From the human T2T-CHM13v2.0 reference genome, Homo sapiens, in the NCBI RefSeq assembly GCF_009914755.1, contig NC_060938.1: 64,000 bases of DNA, one strand, 5' to 3'. Shown one piece after another: positions 29,902 to 41,675 of this stretch. The stretch's first letter is position 1. Each line of letters begins with the position of its first letter. The position numbers and the translations under genes are program-made. Under the pieces are notes generated by a model. The model did no database searches. It saw only the letters and a program-made list of their open reading frames with translations, and was not told the DNA's origin.

Positions 29902-31143
29902 GTATCTTTGGGAAGGGCAGGCTTGCTCTTAGCACTGTTGACTCTTGCCTGCTGCTTGCTGCTGGTTTGAAATGAGAATATCATCCCTTGGGTTTTATTT
30001 ATTTCCTACTTTCTTCTTTCCCTTCTCTATCTGCTCCCATTCTAATGGAAAACAGTTAGGATTGTCACCACCCCAGCCCCACTGCAAGGTCCAGGATGGG
30101 GCATCCTACCTCCACATCCCTACTGCCTCTCTCTGCATGTTCTGCCCATGGTGGGGGTGGGTACGTAGGGTGACAAAAGACTAAGGCCACAGTGGCTCAG
30201 CATAGGAGTGCAGGGCTGGCAGTAACACCAGCAAAACCCTTAGGACACTGGAGAGAGCCCCTCACTGCAAAGTCCAGCCCCTTCACCTCAGACTTCTCTC
30301 CCTGACCAGCCCAGAGAGGAGTATGAGGCCAGGGTTGGGGCAGCTCTCTCACTGGTCAGAAAGCCTTGTCAGTTTCAAGAGCACAATCAGGTACCTAAAG
30401 TCATCCTGGGGTTTCTCCCTCCTTGACACCCCCTTCCTCTCCCGCACCTGCCCCACGGTGTTGCCTTTCTCTCTTAACCAAGAAGTAACTGCACCCAGCT
30501 CCTTCCTCCTCCTCCTTAGAACTCAGCCATGGTTCCTTGCAGCCCATGGAGTCATGGATTTGAGGTGCAGGGGCCCTCAGCATGCAGGTGAGGGGTGACA
30601 GAAGCAGGAATAAATTCAGCTAGATTCCTGGGAAGAGAGGAGGAAGAGTAGGCAGGAGAATAGGGTCCAGGAAGGGAATGGAAGGCAAGAGAGAGGGCTC
30701 CTGGTTTCAGTACACCTGCCCACCCTCTGTGCTTTTCAGCTCTGATCTGAGGCCCATGTGTGGTTAAGTGTGGCTCAACTTGCACCAAACCCTATGACTT
30801 CTGTGCCATGGCACTTAGGGAGCACAGGCATCCCTTTCTCCTCCCTCCTGGACTCCCAGCCCCAGGCCCTAAGCACGTGGTTGCCCATCACATGCTCTCC
30901 GCTGGGCTGCCTCTCAGCCACGCAAGCCTTCTCTCTGTGTGCTGTCACCCTCATGTGCCAGGATCCTGTCTGCGTATCTGGTTGGGACCACACAACTCCA
31001 GAGTCCTGGAGAGCATTTATAACCTGCTCTCCTGCCCTTGTGTAGCCCTGGAAAGAGGCCATGGAGTCTGAGAAAGGAAAGAGGACTTCTGGGGTATCCC
31101 AGTTGTCAGCAGCTCTCTGGGTTTCCTGCATCCCTCCCCACAG

Positions 31144-31344
31144 GTGTGGCTACTGTGATGGGCAGTGTGGAGCCTGGCCTCCTGTCGATTCCCCTGCTGG
31201 AGGATGCCAATGGAGGGGCTCCTTTGGAGGAGGCCGACACCCTCATACATGGCTCTAATGCCCATTTTTTCTAAGAACTAGAGGAAAGAAAAATTATAGG
31301 AACTTTTGATAACTCCAGCCCAGATCTCATGGATGAAGGTCAAA
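31144..31344 (+). CDS. RGS6: Candidate RGS6 alternative exon with early stop (VWLL*, coding 31144-31158)
   Basis: tccctccccacag acceptor, then GTG TGG CTA CTG TGA in phase 0, and a consensus AAA|GTAAGT donor at 31344/31345. I recall a VWLL C-terminus among RGS6 isoforms but cannot verify it. Confidence 0.6.
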
Positions 31345-33666
31345 GTAAGTTTTTCTTATTTTCTGTGGCTCAAGACCCCTGATCTGATCACAGTTTGGTG
31401 ACTTTCTAAGGCTCTGGTAGTTTAACCAGTCTAGGCCTGTCTACACACCTAGAAGAAGAGAAGCTAGAGGCCATTGATTCTCCTTGTGGGTTTGAACACA
31501 AAGGAAAAATGCACCCCAAACCAGGCTGAGACCCCTGTGGCTGCAGATCCTCCCTTCCAAGAAGAAAACCTCTCAGAGGAGGTCACTTGAGTGAGGAAGG
31601 AACTGGCAACCTGCCTGGGAAAAGTTCCTTAGAGTTATCCTCCCAGCTCCCGAAGTAAGGGATGTTCTTGAGACAGAAAGCCCTTGCAGATACCAACAAC
31701 GTCTCAATACTGAGGAGTTGTTTCCCAAAACAGTGACAAAACCTGCTTTCTCCTTCTGTTTCTTCCTGAGAGTCTCCAGGTATGGATCTGATTTGTAACT
31801 CGGCACTTTCAGGTAGGCCTAGAGTATTCTTCTGATTTCAGGGACGGGTTCACCGTATCCAGGTCATAAAAGGTATGTGAGATTCACAACCTCCGGCGGA
31901 GAGAGGGAATATGAATCAGCCTCACTTTTCTGCTGAGAACTGACCTGGACGGAGTCTTGAGGCACAGCCTTCTGATCCTTCATCCCTAATTCAGCCTCTT
32001 TTCTAATATTTTCCAAATAAATGATAGTCACACTGAAGAATCAGGTTCTCAGGGGGTAGGTGAGCTGAGTCCTGAGGGCTACTCTAGGAAACTTCAGTAC
32101 CAGTGATGATGGTTTTCCAGGGCAGCTCAATGGCCAGTGCAAGGCAGAGGAGCCAAGTGAGCCAGACCAATGGCCACCCTCTGTGAGCCAGAGGATAAGA
32201 ATAACAGGCCGACAATGCCAGCTGCAGGGCCCAGGACTGGCCTGACTTGAGCCAAGTGTATGCCACCCAGGCTGGCCACAGGGTTCAAGCTGAGTCCTGC
32301 CATCCCCAGAATAGAGACTTGGTATGGTACCCGGGGCCAAGCATGAGTCCTTCAGTTCCTAGTACAAGAAGAAAGGCCAGCCCAACTCTGTGGTGTTATG
32401 TCGTTTGTGTTGTATTTTCCTTCTGCAACCTCATATCTGTCTTCTGGCAGCCAGCTGAGCTGACAAGGGGCCTGGCTGCCAAGGAAGCCCCCCAACTTCA
32501 TCCACACAGGCGGCTGCCTTTGGCCTGTCCCCTCTGCTTTCAGCACAGTCCGCAGACCCACAGACCTCAGGCTGCCTCTTTAGCTCCCTCATTTCAGTTA
32601 TTTGCTGGGTGTATGTTTGTGTCTATGTGAGTGTGTGCACTCTCCGAACTTCTCAGCCTCGGGCTCAGGACCCTGGAACGGGATCCAGGATACACTAGCA
32701 GGTATTTGAGCGGTCATTCTACTCTCCCGGAACCCCTGCAGCTAGGAAATGTGGGGTGAAAGGAAAGTCAGGAGCACCCCACACCTCTCTTCCTCCTGTA
32801 GTAGAGGGAGGCTAGGCCTGGAAAGACATTCAAGGGCTTTGCCTCTCCTCGCTCCTGTTCTGGGAACCCCAGCTAAGAGTTCCCCACAATGGTTTCTGAG
32901 CTTCCTCTAGCCTGTCGTACGTACATCTTGGCAGGTGTTATGTCACCTTTTGGATACTGAGAAAACACACAATCCCCATGTTATTGTCTTCTGAGACCCA
33001 AGACCCTTTGTCCATGGCAAAGGCTATGAGTAGACCCTCCTTGCTCTAAGGACACAGAACGAGGGTCACTAGGAAGTCACTGAAGTTAGCAAACTTTCTG
33101 GCTGCCTCTGGGCAGGGGAATCTCAAGAGAGAAAACAGTCCTAAGGCAGACTCATGGATGAGTAGATAACTTCGCTTCCCCGGCAGCCCCTTCCTGACGT
33201 CCCTCCCACACCCTGCTGGCTCTCAGAGCCAGTCTGTTCTGTGTCAGGACTTGGGGGGCCCCCAGGGCCCCAGGGCCACAACCACCAGGGCTCCTGCCTG
33301 TGGGCACGGCAGGTTGAAAGCAGCAAGCAAGCTGCTCAAACCCACCGACTGTGGTCCTGCAGCAAAGTCATGATGGTTCTGATCCAAGCCCCGCAAGCAC
33401 CATTCATGGCCCCCGCAGAAGCAAAGCCCCCCTCTCTGCTCCCTGCTCCAAGGAGGCGGCACCATTTCTCGTGGGCTTCTGTCTTCTGTCTCTCCCGTTG
33501 ACTCTTCCAACAGCTCTGGCTGCTTCTCTTTTCCCATTTTTCGCCCCATTTTGCTTTGGTTTTTGTTATTCTTTAGCTGCAGCTGCTGCTGTTTGGGAAC
33601 CACGTATAAGCTGAAGATTTTTTTTTTCTGTATTTTTCTCCCTACCCTTTTTTTTTTTTCCTAAAG

Positions 33667-33720
33667 CCAGAAAGTGAGCAAGGTCGTAGAACTTCCCTAG
33701 AAAAGTTCACTCGCAGTGTG
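33667..33720 (+). CDS. RGS6: RGS6 54-nt cassette exon PESEQGRRTSLEKFTRSV
   Basis: Long T tract + cctaaag acceptor, consensus GTG|GTAAGT donor, frame-preserving. Matches the 18-aa insert that separates the longer and shorter RGS6L-alpha forms. Confidence 0.93.
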
Positions 33721-33858
33721 GTAAGTTCAGTCGGTTTTCTTCCCTCAGCTTTTCTTTTGGTTTTGGTTTTTTCTTTCTTCTTCTTTTTTTTTTTTTTCCC
33801 TTTGGTTGTTGTTTCCTTTGGGGTGGGAGGGAGTCCAGTGCTTTCTCCCTCGACTCAG

Positions 33859-33939
33859 CCCTTTTCTTTTGCGAGTGTCTGCAGCTTCTCTTCTAGGGAT
33901 GAAAATGCAAAAAAGAGCAAGCGGCTCCCTCTGCAGAAG
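33859..33939 (+). CDS. RGS6: Candidate RGS6 alternative exon region with stacked acceptors (starts 33859, 33876, 33885, 33897)
   Basis: Four AGs each preceded by pyrimidines give phase-0 peptides PFSFASVCSFSSRDENAKKSKRLPLQK.., CLQLLF*, LLF* and G*. Possible donor AAG|GTGCAC at 33939/33940; AATAAA at 34087. Confidence 0.55.
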
Positions 33940-35095
33940 GTGCACCCTTGATCGCCCAGCCTCAGGCCTGGGCATTTGATCATCTGTTCAGGGCTTTGAG
34001 GAGGAGGGACCCTGCTGCCCTCGGGGCTGTGCGGTTTGTGCATCTTCTGCAGCAGCTCAGGGAGAAGCCATCGAACTATACCGTGAAATAAATTGGCTCA
34101 GAACCATAGCTCATCGAAAAAAAAAAAAAAAGCCAAAATTTCCCTCTGTGAACCCTGGCAGTCACGCCGGTGTGGGTCGCGAGCTAATGTTGCTGTGTAG
34201 GCGGCTTTTGCTGTGTGCAGAAAGCGGCCGTGCTGCATGGGTCCTGGCGATGTGGCCTAGCTGGCGTGTGTGTTAGTCGCCTCTGCATGAGTCCCTTCCA
34301 GCCCCCATCAGCCTCATGTGCACAGTGTGATAGGGAGAGGAGGGAAGTAGCTGAATCCCTGCGGTGTCCTGGGTACTCCCCGGGGGCAAGGTCCTACCGG
34401 CCTCCTCAGGCCTTGATTCTAACAGGCTGGGTAAAGATGGGCTTCAGATTCCTACAGGTTCATGGTACGCCCCAGCTAGAGAGGTAGAGCTCCCCACAGT
34501 GGCACATAAAGACAGCCGTGGCAACAGGTGGGAGTGGGGAGTCCGTGGCTGTTCCCTGGGGTGCATGGCTGAGACTCTCTACCATGGTTTGTAGAACAAC
34601 ACAGGCCAATCTCCTCTTTCCATGCTGGTCGGCCCAAGATTTGAACATTGAGCTCAGTGCACAAGAAATACTCAATCCCGCTCAATCACGGGGCCCATCC
34701 TGTACCATGAACATCAAACCAGAGGGAACCAGGGAGCAGGGTCCCATGCAGGGAGCTGGCCACATTCCCTTCCCAAAGGGTGGCAGCCCATTGATATTGA
34801 CTTGCCTTTGTTCCACCTCTGTTGAGGAGGAAAATCCTTGTAAAACCTGACTACTGTGTGACTGGTATACGTATTTCATCCTTTTAAGAAAAAGTCTAAG
34901 GCTCCTGGGTTGAAAGCAGCCTAGTCATTTACGTGTCGTAGCTAGATGCATTTTAAGTGCATTTAAACATTATCTTGAATTTGCTACATGTAAACCTCAA
35001 ATAACTCTAGTGGGTGGCAATTAATTAAACATCGGTATCCATCCCTTCCCTTCCTCGGTCTTCCCTCTCTGTGGCCTTTCCTCATGAGAAATCAG

Positions 35096-35246
35096 AATGT
35101 GCAGAACACAAGGCCTGCGGGTGCCTGGTCTATCTTCATGGCTGCTTTGCCAATGGCCGTGTGGCTCCGCACACCAAGAAGCTGCCACGGGCTGTCAGAG
35201 TCAAGGCTTCTGGGACTTCCTTCACTCCATGATGGCCTGAGAGAAG
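35096..35246 (+). CDS. RGS6: Candidate RGS6 151-nt frame-shifting cassette exon
   Basis: ~40-nt pyrimidine tract (35042-35083), CAG at 35093-35095 and AAG|GTAGTG donor. Open in phase 0: NVQNTRPAGAWSIFMAALPMAVWLRTPRSCHGLSESRLLGLPSLHDGLRE + 1 nt. Confidence 0.5.
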
Positions 35247-37113
35247 GTAGTGGGATCCCATCTCTCTCTGTTTGTCTCTTTTGAGGACTGGCTACTGTGC
35301 GGGTGGAGGATGGTTAGGGATTTTGCTGACAAGCCAAGGGTGCCTGTGTAAGCAGAGCCTTGACAGCCCCCGGAAGCTCTTGAGGGTGACCGTGCAGGCC
35401 ACGGGTGTGAGAGGGGAAGCCTGGTACTTGGACAAAACGTCCAGACATTTTCAGGCTGTTTTTCAAGAGAAGTGAGTATCAAGAAAGGCAAGAATGGTCT
35501 CGCGAAGCTCTGTGAGGAGCATTTATTGATTTCCTTTCATCCCAGAAGTGGTGTTGGCTTGGGGGTTCTCCCAAGGTCTGTTAGCAAAGCATTTGGAACA
35601 AGAAAGCACCAAGACACCCCTAAGTGTCTGAAGTGCACACATGGGAGAGCTTCCAGAGGGAGTTTCAGAGTGAGCTGAAGGAGAAAAGTATCCTAAGCTC
35701 CTGAGGGTGTGGATAAAAGGCCCAAACTATTAAAAAAAACTAAATTCCTAAATTCCCTGCTATTTTATGAACAAGAAACTCTAACAGGTGATGCATTCAG
35801 AATTTGGGGTTCCAGTGGTGGAGATGGATTGCCATCCATCCATGCTCCTCCTGCTCTTGGGGTGACACCATAGCCCCACAAGATGTGGCTAAGTTTGGGG
35901 AATAATATGACCCATGTGTTGGCTCTCAGATTACTTAAGATTGGAACCCAGGAATCTGGTCTCAACAGCCCAGTGGTCTCATCAAACAGAACTAACTAAC
36001 TGATCAACCAATATGCCTTGCAATTTGATAGCCATTCTCTGACTATCATATGCCTAAAGTATTTGATTTCTCTAAGAGAAGATCTACGTGAATGTTTTAT
36101 CTGCTATATACTGCAAGCTATAAAACTAAATGAAGGGCCAGTTCAATAGCATTCCTGTGTTGCTGGGAAAGATGTGTAAGAACATGACCCATGTCATGGG
36201 GCTAATAATGGAAACAGGGGAGTGAAGCTGGGCAGCTCACGGACCAAAGACGTGAGGCCAATTACCATTTAGGATTAATTGATGGCAAAAAGAAATAATG
36301 TTGATCCAGGTGATTGGATAACTCATTCAGCTGGAGGCTTGTCAAGACTGAATCTGAATTCAGAATTTCTCCCCAGAACATGCCAATGTCCTTTCTTTTC
36401 TTGGTAGAAGAGAAACACTTGGAAAAAACAAATTGTTCTTTCCAAGTCTTATGTTGTGCCATGACATAGAGGGATTATCTGTTAAGACCACATATGCCCC
36501 CTTTTCCATGAGATCCTAAGGAGACATTTAATATGGTTCATGGAAGCTTTTAGGGCCATGTTAGTTTGGGTGACGAAGGGGCCTGGTACTCCCCAGTCAA
36601 TAGAGGAAGTGCTGTATGAGCTTCTCTTTCCAATGCAAGCTTCATTCCAGGTTACTCAGGACTTGGATATACAAAGCAAATGTCTGGGGACACTGGGCCA
36701 AGCATCCTGTCATTTTGCAGACTGAAACCACAAACCCTGCTTATTTGATAAGGCCCAGGTTCTGAACTAAACATGACTGAAGTCCACGACAGGGCGCAAC
36801 TAGCCTACCATGTACGTTCATCCAAAATGGAAAACAAGACTCCCTCTGGTGGGCCCAGCCTCACAGATGCCCAGCTGACCAGGCAAAACACAGGCTGGGT
36901 TTCAGCCCCTATTGATCCTCAGCTGCCCTGGTGCAGTGAATAACCCACGCCACTGTACATGGCCACCCTTGTCCGAGGAGCCTGTTTCAGAAAGAGCTGT
37001 AACACACAGCAGCTTCTCCAGGGCCCCCAATACATGGCCTCAGGTCATGTGATTTGGAGCCTGTCTCTGCCTAATCCTGCTCATGGGGAAGCTTCCTTTC
37101 ACAGTGGCTGTAA

Positions 37114-37668
<555 letters not shown>

Positions 37669-40600
37669 TAAGTGTGCTTGTTGCTTCAGCTTCCACAGAG
37701 TCTACCACAGTGGGGTGGGGGGCCTCACCAAAGAGGGCCTGGCTCTGACATAGAGGACCAGGAGCATGCGTGGGAGGGAGAGGGGGCAAGAGGAATCGGG
37801 GCCAAGCCACAGCAGCAGCTCCCTTGTTGAGATAGATACTGGCTGAAGCCATCTGGTGAGAGCTCCAATCTGGGGAGGAGAAGCTGGAGAAAGTCCTTTG
37901 CTCCTCTGTCCAGTTCCACAGAAAAAGCCGCAGAGGGTGATAGCACTGAAGTTAGGAGAAAATGGCAGCCCCGAGTGAGGCTGGTGTCAGCCTCCCTGGG
38001 TACCTTTGGAGGCTCAGTTGAAACCTTACCTGCCCTCTTGAGAGCTTCATCAGCTCCAGCCTTGGGCTCCAAAGATAGATAGATAGAAAATGGGGTTGCT
38101 GGTGCCAGAGCAAGCACTGGAGGCCACGGAGGAGAAGGGAGAGGAGGACCAGGCGTTCATCCACCTCCTAAGAGAGCATCGAAGTTTAGCTTTGCCAAGG
38201 TGCTCCTTGGAATTGCGGCAGGAAGGGCCGGAAGCTGCAGAAGGCTTGGCATGTGATGGGTGGCATCTCTGCGACAGGCTTTCCTGTCCTGCCTGCCTGC
38301 CAAGGAATGCAGCAGGCAAGTCAGATGGGGAGCGGGAAGCTCTGGGAGCCAGCTGCCACTCAGCCTCCCTCGCCCCCTCCTTCCATCCCCCTGTTCCTTC
38401 CCCTGCCAAAAGCCAAGGAAGAGCTAATGAGAGCCAAGAAGTCAACAGCTCACTCATCCCCCTCCAGGCAGCTCTGCAGAGAGAAACTCCCAGCTCCAGG
38501 CCCAGGTGCTGACCGGAAGTGGAGGGCTAAGGCTCTCCGCAGGGGAGGGGGCAGGCAGGCAATCAGGGCAGTCAGCCAACCGGCAGAAGCAGCTCCTGCC
38601 CCCAGGAAGGCGGTGTTGTTTTCCCCTCCTCCTCAAGGTTTCATGGGGAACAGCCTTGCACCCTGGTGGAATGAGTTCCCAAATACCTAGACTCAGCAGA
38701 ATCCCCAGAGGGCTTTGACCTCAGTTGAAATGATCTTTCTGTGCCTCTGGCAAGGGCCAATTGGCTAAAAATCTTTCCAAAGGGTTAGTTTTTATTGCAA
38801 ACAGTCCTTGGACTCCTTTGGGACCACTGGGTCACAAACATTAGTGCCAGCCTCTCCCATCTCAGAGCACTGAGATCCAGCTGCAGTGAAACCCTGGCCC
38901 TGGCTGGAGCTGGAGGGAGACTTCCATCGAAGTGTTTGGGAAGGAAAGCAGGGAAACCTGCCTCTCTGGAGCAGCAAGTGCATGTCCTGGGACTCTGAGA
39001 CACCTCAGCAGCCCTCCTGCAGACTGGCTCCTGCTTCCAGCCTCAGCTTGCTAGCTATGTGACCTCAAGCAAATCACTAGCCCTCTCTGAGCCCTGGTTT
39101 TCTCCTCTGAAATGACTTGGACTAGGTCGTCTCGATGGTCCCTTCCAGCTAGCGGTGTTCTGCAGGTCTGTGCTTCCCTCTGTCCTGAGATTTCTGAGTT
39201 ATATAACTCATTCCTTAGAATGGGAGAGGAGCTGTCTTCTTGCCCAGTTAGTTACCTGATTCAGAAGTGCCTGCCAGCCTGTGAGGCTGGGAAATAAACT
39301 GTGGATAGACTTGAGTTGGGTGTATTTACAAAGCCTGGACATGCACTGGCAGGAGAACTGAGTGCCCCAGGCTCCCCACACCTACACCACAGGCCCTGCT
39401 CAGTTGTTCAGGGTTCACTCGTCCACGGTGAGTCGCCGGAGGGTCAGGGAGGACTCACAGAGAACAGGGTGAGTGCCCTACACCCTTCAGCTTGCCAGTT
39501 CTGCAGTCCCCACCCTTCCGGTCTGGATGCCCAGCTGTGTGTGTGTGTGTCAGGTGGGGTCAGCTGGGCAGAAAGGTGGACCCCAGGGTCGGTGTTGCCG
39601 CATCACTGCATGCACTGTGGGGTCCCAGGGGCCCTATGGGTATAGGAAGGAATGAAATGTGAGCACTTGGGAATCTCAGCACACTCTGCTGCTCACCTGC
39701 TACCAGGCTTTCTGGTTCCCCAGGGAACCCTGGGCCAGCTTGTTGCTGTCCTCTTTTAGCGATGGGAAATAAGAGTATGAGAGACAGTGTTATCCTGTTT
39801 ACAATCAGTGGTGAAGTCCGTGGTTAAGACCAGGTTACAACTCCTCTATGCTTCGCTTCTTATCTTGACTCTGTGTGAAATTAGGAAAAGCATATTTACT
39901 GTTATAGTTTTGTAGCTGGAAAATGAAAATATAAAAGTCTATTTTTTATAAACTACAAAATGTAAAACAACAGACTCAGTATGGCTGGTGGGTACAGAGA
40001 AGACAAAGTGGCTCCTCACGGGGTTGACAGGAGTCTCGAGACTTTTATCAAAAAAGGCCAGAAGTTGGTTGTCATTTTTGAGACACTGGGCCCTAGACCC
40101 TGACGTTTCCGTTGGAAGGAGGAGCCCCCAGCTGTTCCCGCTGATGGTTCAACCTGTCCGCCAAAAGCAGCCAAAATGCTCTCCCCACGGAGTGCCCACT
40201 TGGAGAAAAACCCCACTGGTGACTCACCTTCTGGACATGTGGGGCAATCAGGGCCCGGTGGAGGCAGCTGCTCCTGGCTTTCCCTGGTGGGCCCTCCCTC
40301 GACCCCCGCCCAGGCCCTCTCCTGCCTTCCCCAGACCCCAATGTGCCAAGCAGTCAAGTGAAAATCAAATCCTCTGAGGCAGAAAGACACAGCTGTGTGT
40401 TTACAGCCACTGATTCAGATCCAAATCGCGTACCCTGCCAGTCTCTAGCAAGGCAGGCTGGGGGCAAAGTGTGTGTATGCCAAGCAGGGATCTATTTCGG
40501 GAGGTGACCTGCAGGCCTTCGCCATGACAGTGCCTTCCTCCCACCCACTCTCAGGAAAGGTGCTCTCACTTTACAAGCGGCTGATGGGGTTGTGGGGTCT

Positions 40601-40782
40601 CGGCATGCTTGTCACTTGTGCAGTCAGACCCCAGTGCCATCCTCGTGCAGCCACATGGGAACTGTGTGGGCTCCCACCTGCCTAGTAAGAAGGCAGAGAG
40701 TGAAGGGGAGTGCAGGGCCCCCCGCAGGATAAACAGCGGGAAGGCCGACCACTCAGAAGACAGGATGCCCGCCTCTGCCTAG

Positions 40783-40993
40783 GACAGAGCCTGCCTCAGT
40801 CCTGTCCGGGGAGCAGCAGCACCGCAGCAGAGGGGGCCAGAGAAAGAGCATCCAATGGCAGGAGTCTGGCAAGGCGACAGCACTGCCAATGTCACGGTCA
40901 AGGAGAGGAGACCCAACTCTGCCTGTGGTCCAGACTGGAAAGTTCAAAGAGAAGTCAGAGAGCTTCAAGTCTGAGGACTTCAAAGGCTAAGAA
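40783..40993 (+). CDS. RGS6: Candidate RGS6 211-nt alternative exon
   Basis: gcctctgcctag acceptor (modest), GAA|GTAAGA donor and a purine-rich body. Gives 63 aa + stop in phase 0 and is fully open when entered in phase 1. Confidence 0.35.
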
Positions 40994-41670
40994 GTAAGAC
41001 CCCCCCCCGACCCATGGAAGTCCCCCCAAAATGAGCTCCTGGTGGAAACAACAGGGGATGCTTCCCCCTTTTAAAATAGTGATGAGTGTCCCTGGTTTGA
41101 GTTGAGTTAGGAAAGCATGACATTTTGGAAGGAGGCCAGGATACCTGTCCATAGGTAGGAATAGCCTGTAAGATGTTGCCCTCCTGCAGTGTGGCTAAAT
41201 GGGACACTGCCGGGGGTGGGACTCAGAGCAGTGGGATTTTTAGTTTTGTCATGTTTGCCCAAAGGTGGATGAGAGAAAGACCCTTGGGTGTTTGCTTAGT
41301 GGCTTCCCAATGGGTGGGAAGGTGAGACGGGGTTGGAAGCATGGAGCCACCCCAGCAGTGGCAGGGCCCACAGGGCAGCGGTTCTTCCATGCCCCCTAAT
41401 CATGGCCACATTGTATCAGCCTGAGCATGAGCAACAGCACCATGGCCACATACGGGAATGGGCCTCATTGGTGTAATATTTGGCAGATTCTCTCCACACC
41501 CCCCGTGGCGGTCTGGCTTACTGTTAAGAAGGGTAACCTTAAAAAATACATTTCCCACTCCAGAAAATACTCATATGTGGCCTGTTAGCAGCACAAGAAG
41601 GGTGAAAGCAATGCCCATTCCTGCCTCCCTCCCCCTGCTCACCTCCACGTCCCTGTTTGCCCCTTTGTAG

Positions 41671-41675
41671 GTGAA
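41671..41675 (+). other. Candidate 5-nt microexon (GTGAA) or recursive splice site in RGS6 intron
   Basis: ~50-nt pyrimidine-rich tract with CTCAC branch-like motif and a TGC, TAG acceptor at 41668-41670, and GTGAGT donor at 41676-41681. Confidence 0.35.

Noticed and set aside
34518-34870. 110-aa ORF inside the alternative-exon zone as another RGS6 exon
   Set aside because: I found no acceptor with a decent pyrimidine tract in the right phase and only weak donors. It cannot be supported from sequence alone, though it is not excluded.
41432-41453. REST/RE1-like CAGCACCATGGCCA
   Set aside because: Only the left half matches; the key GGACAG right half is broken.
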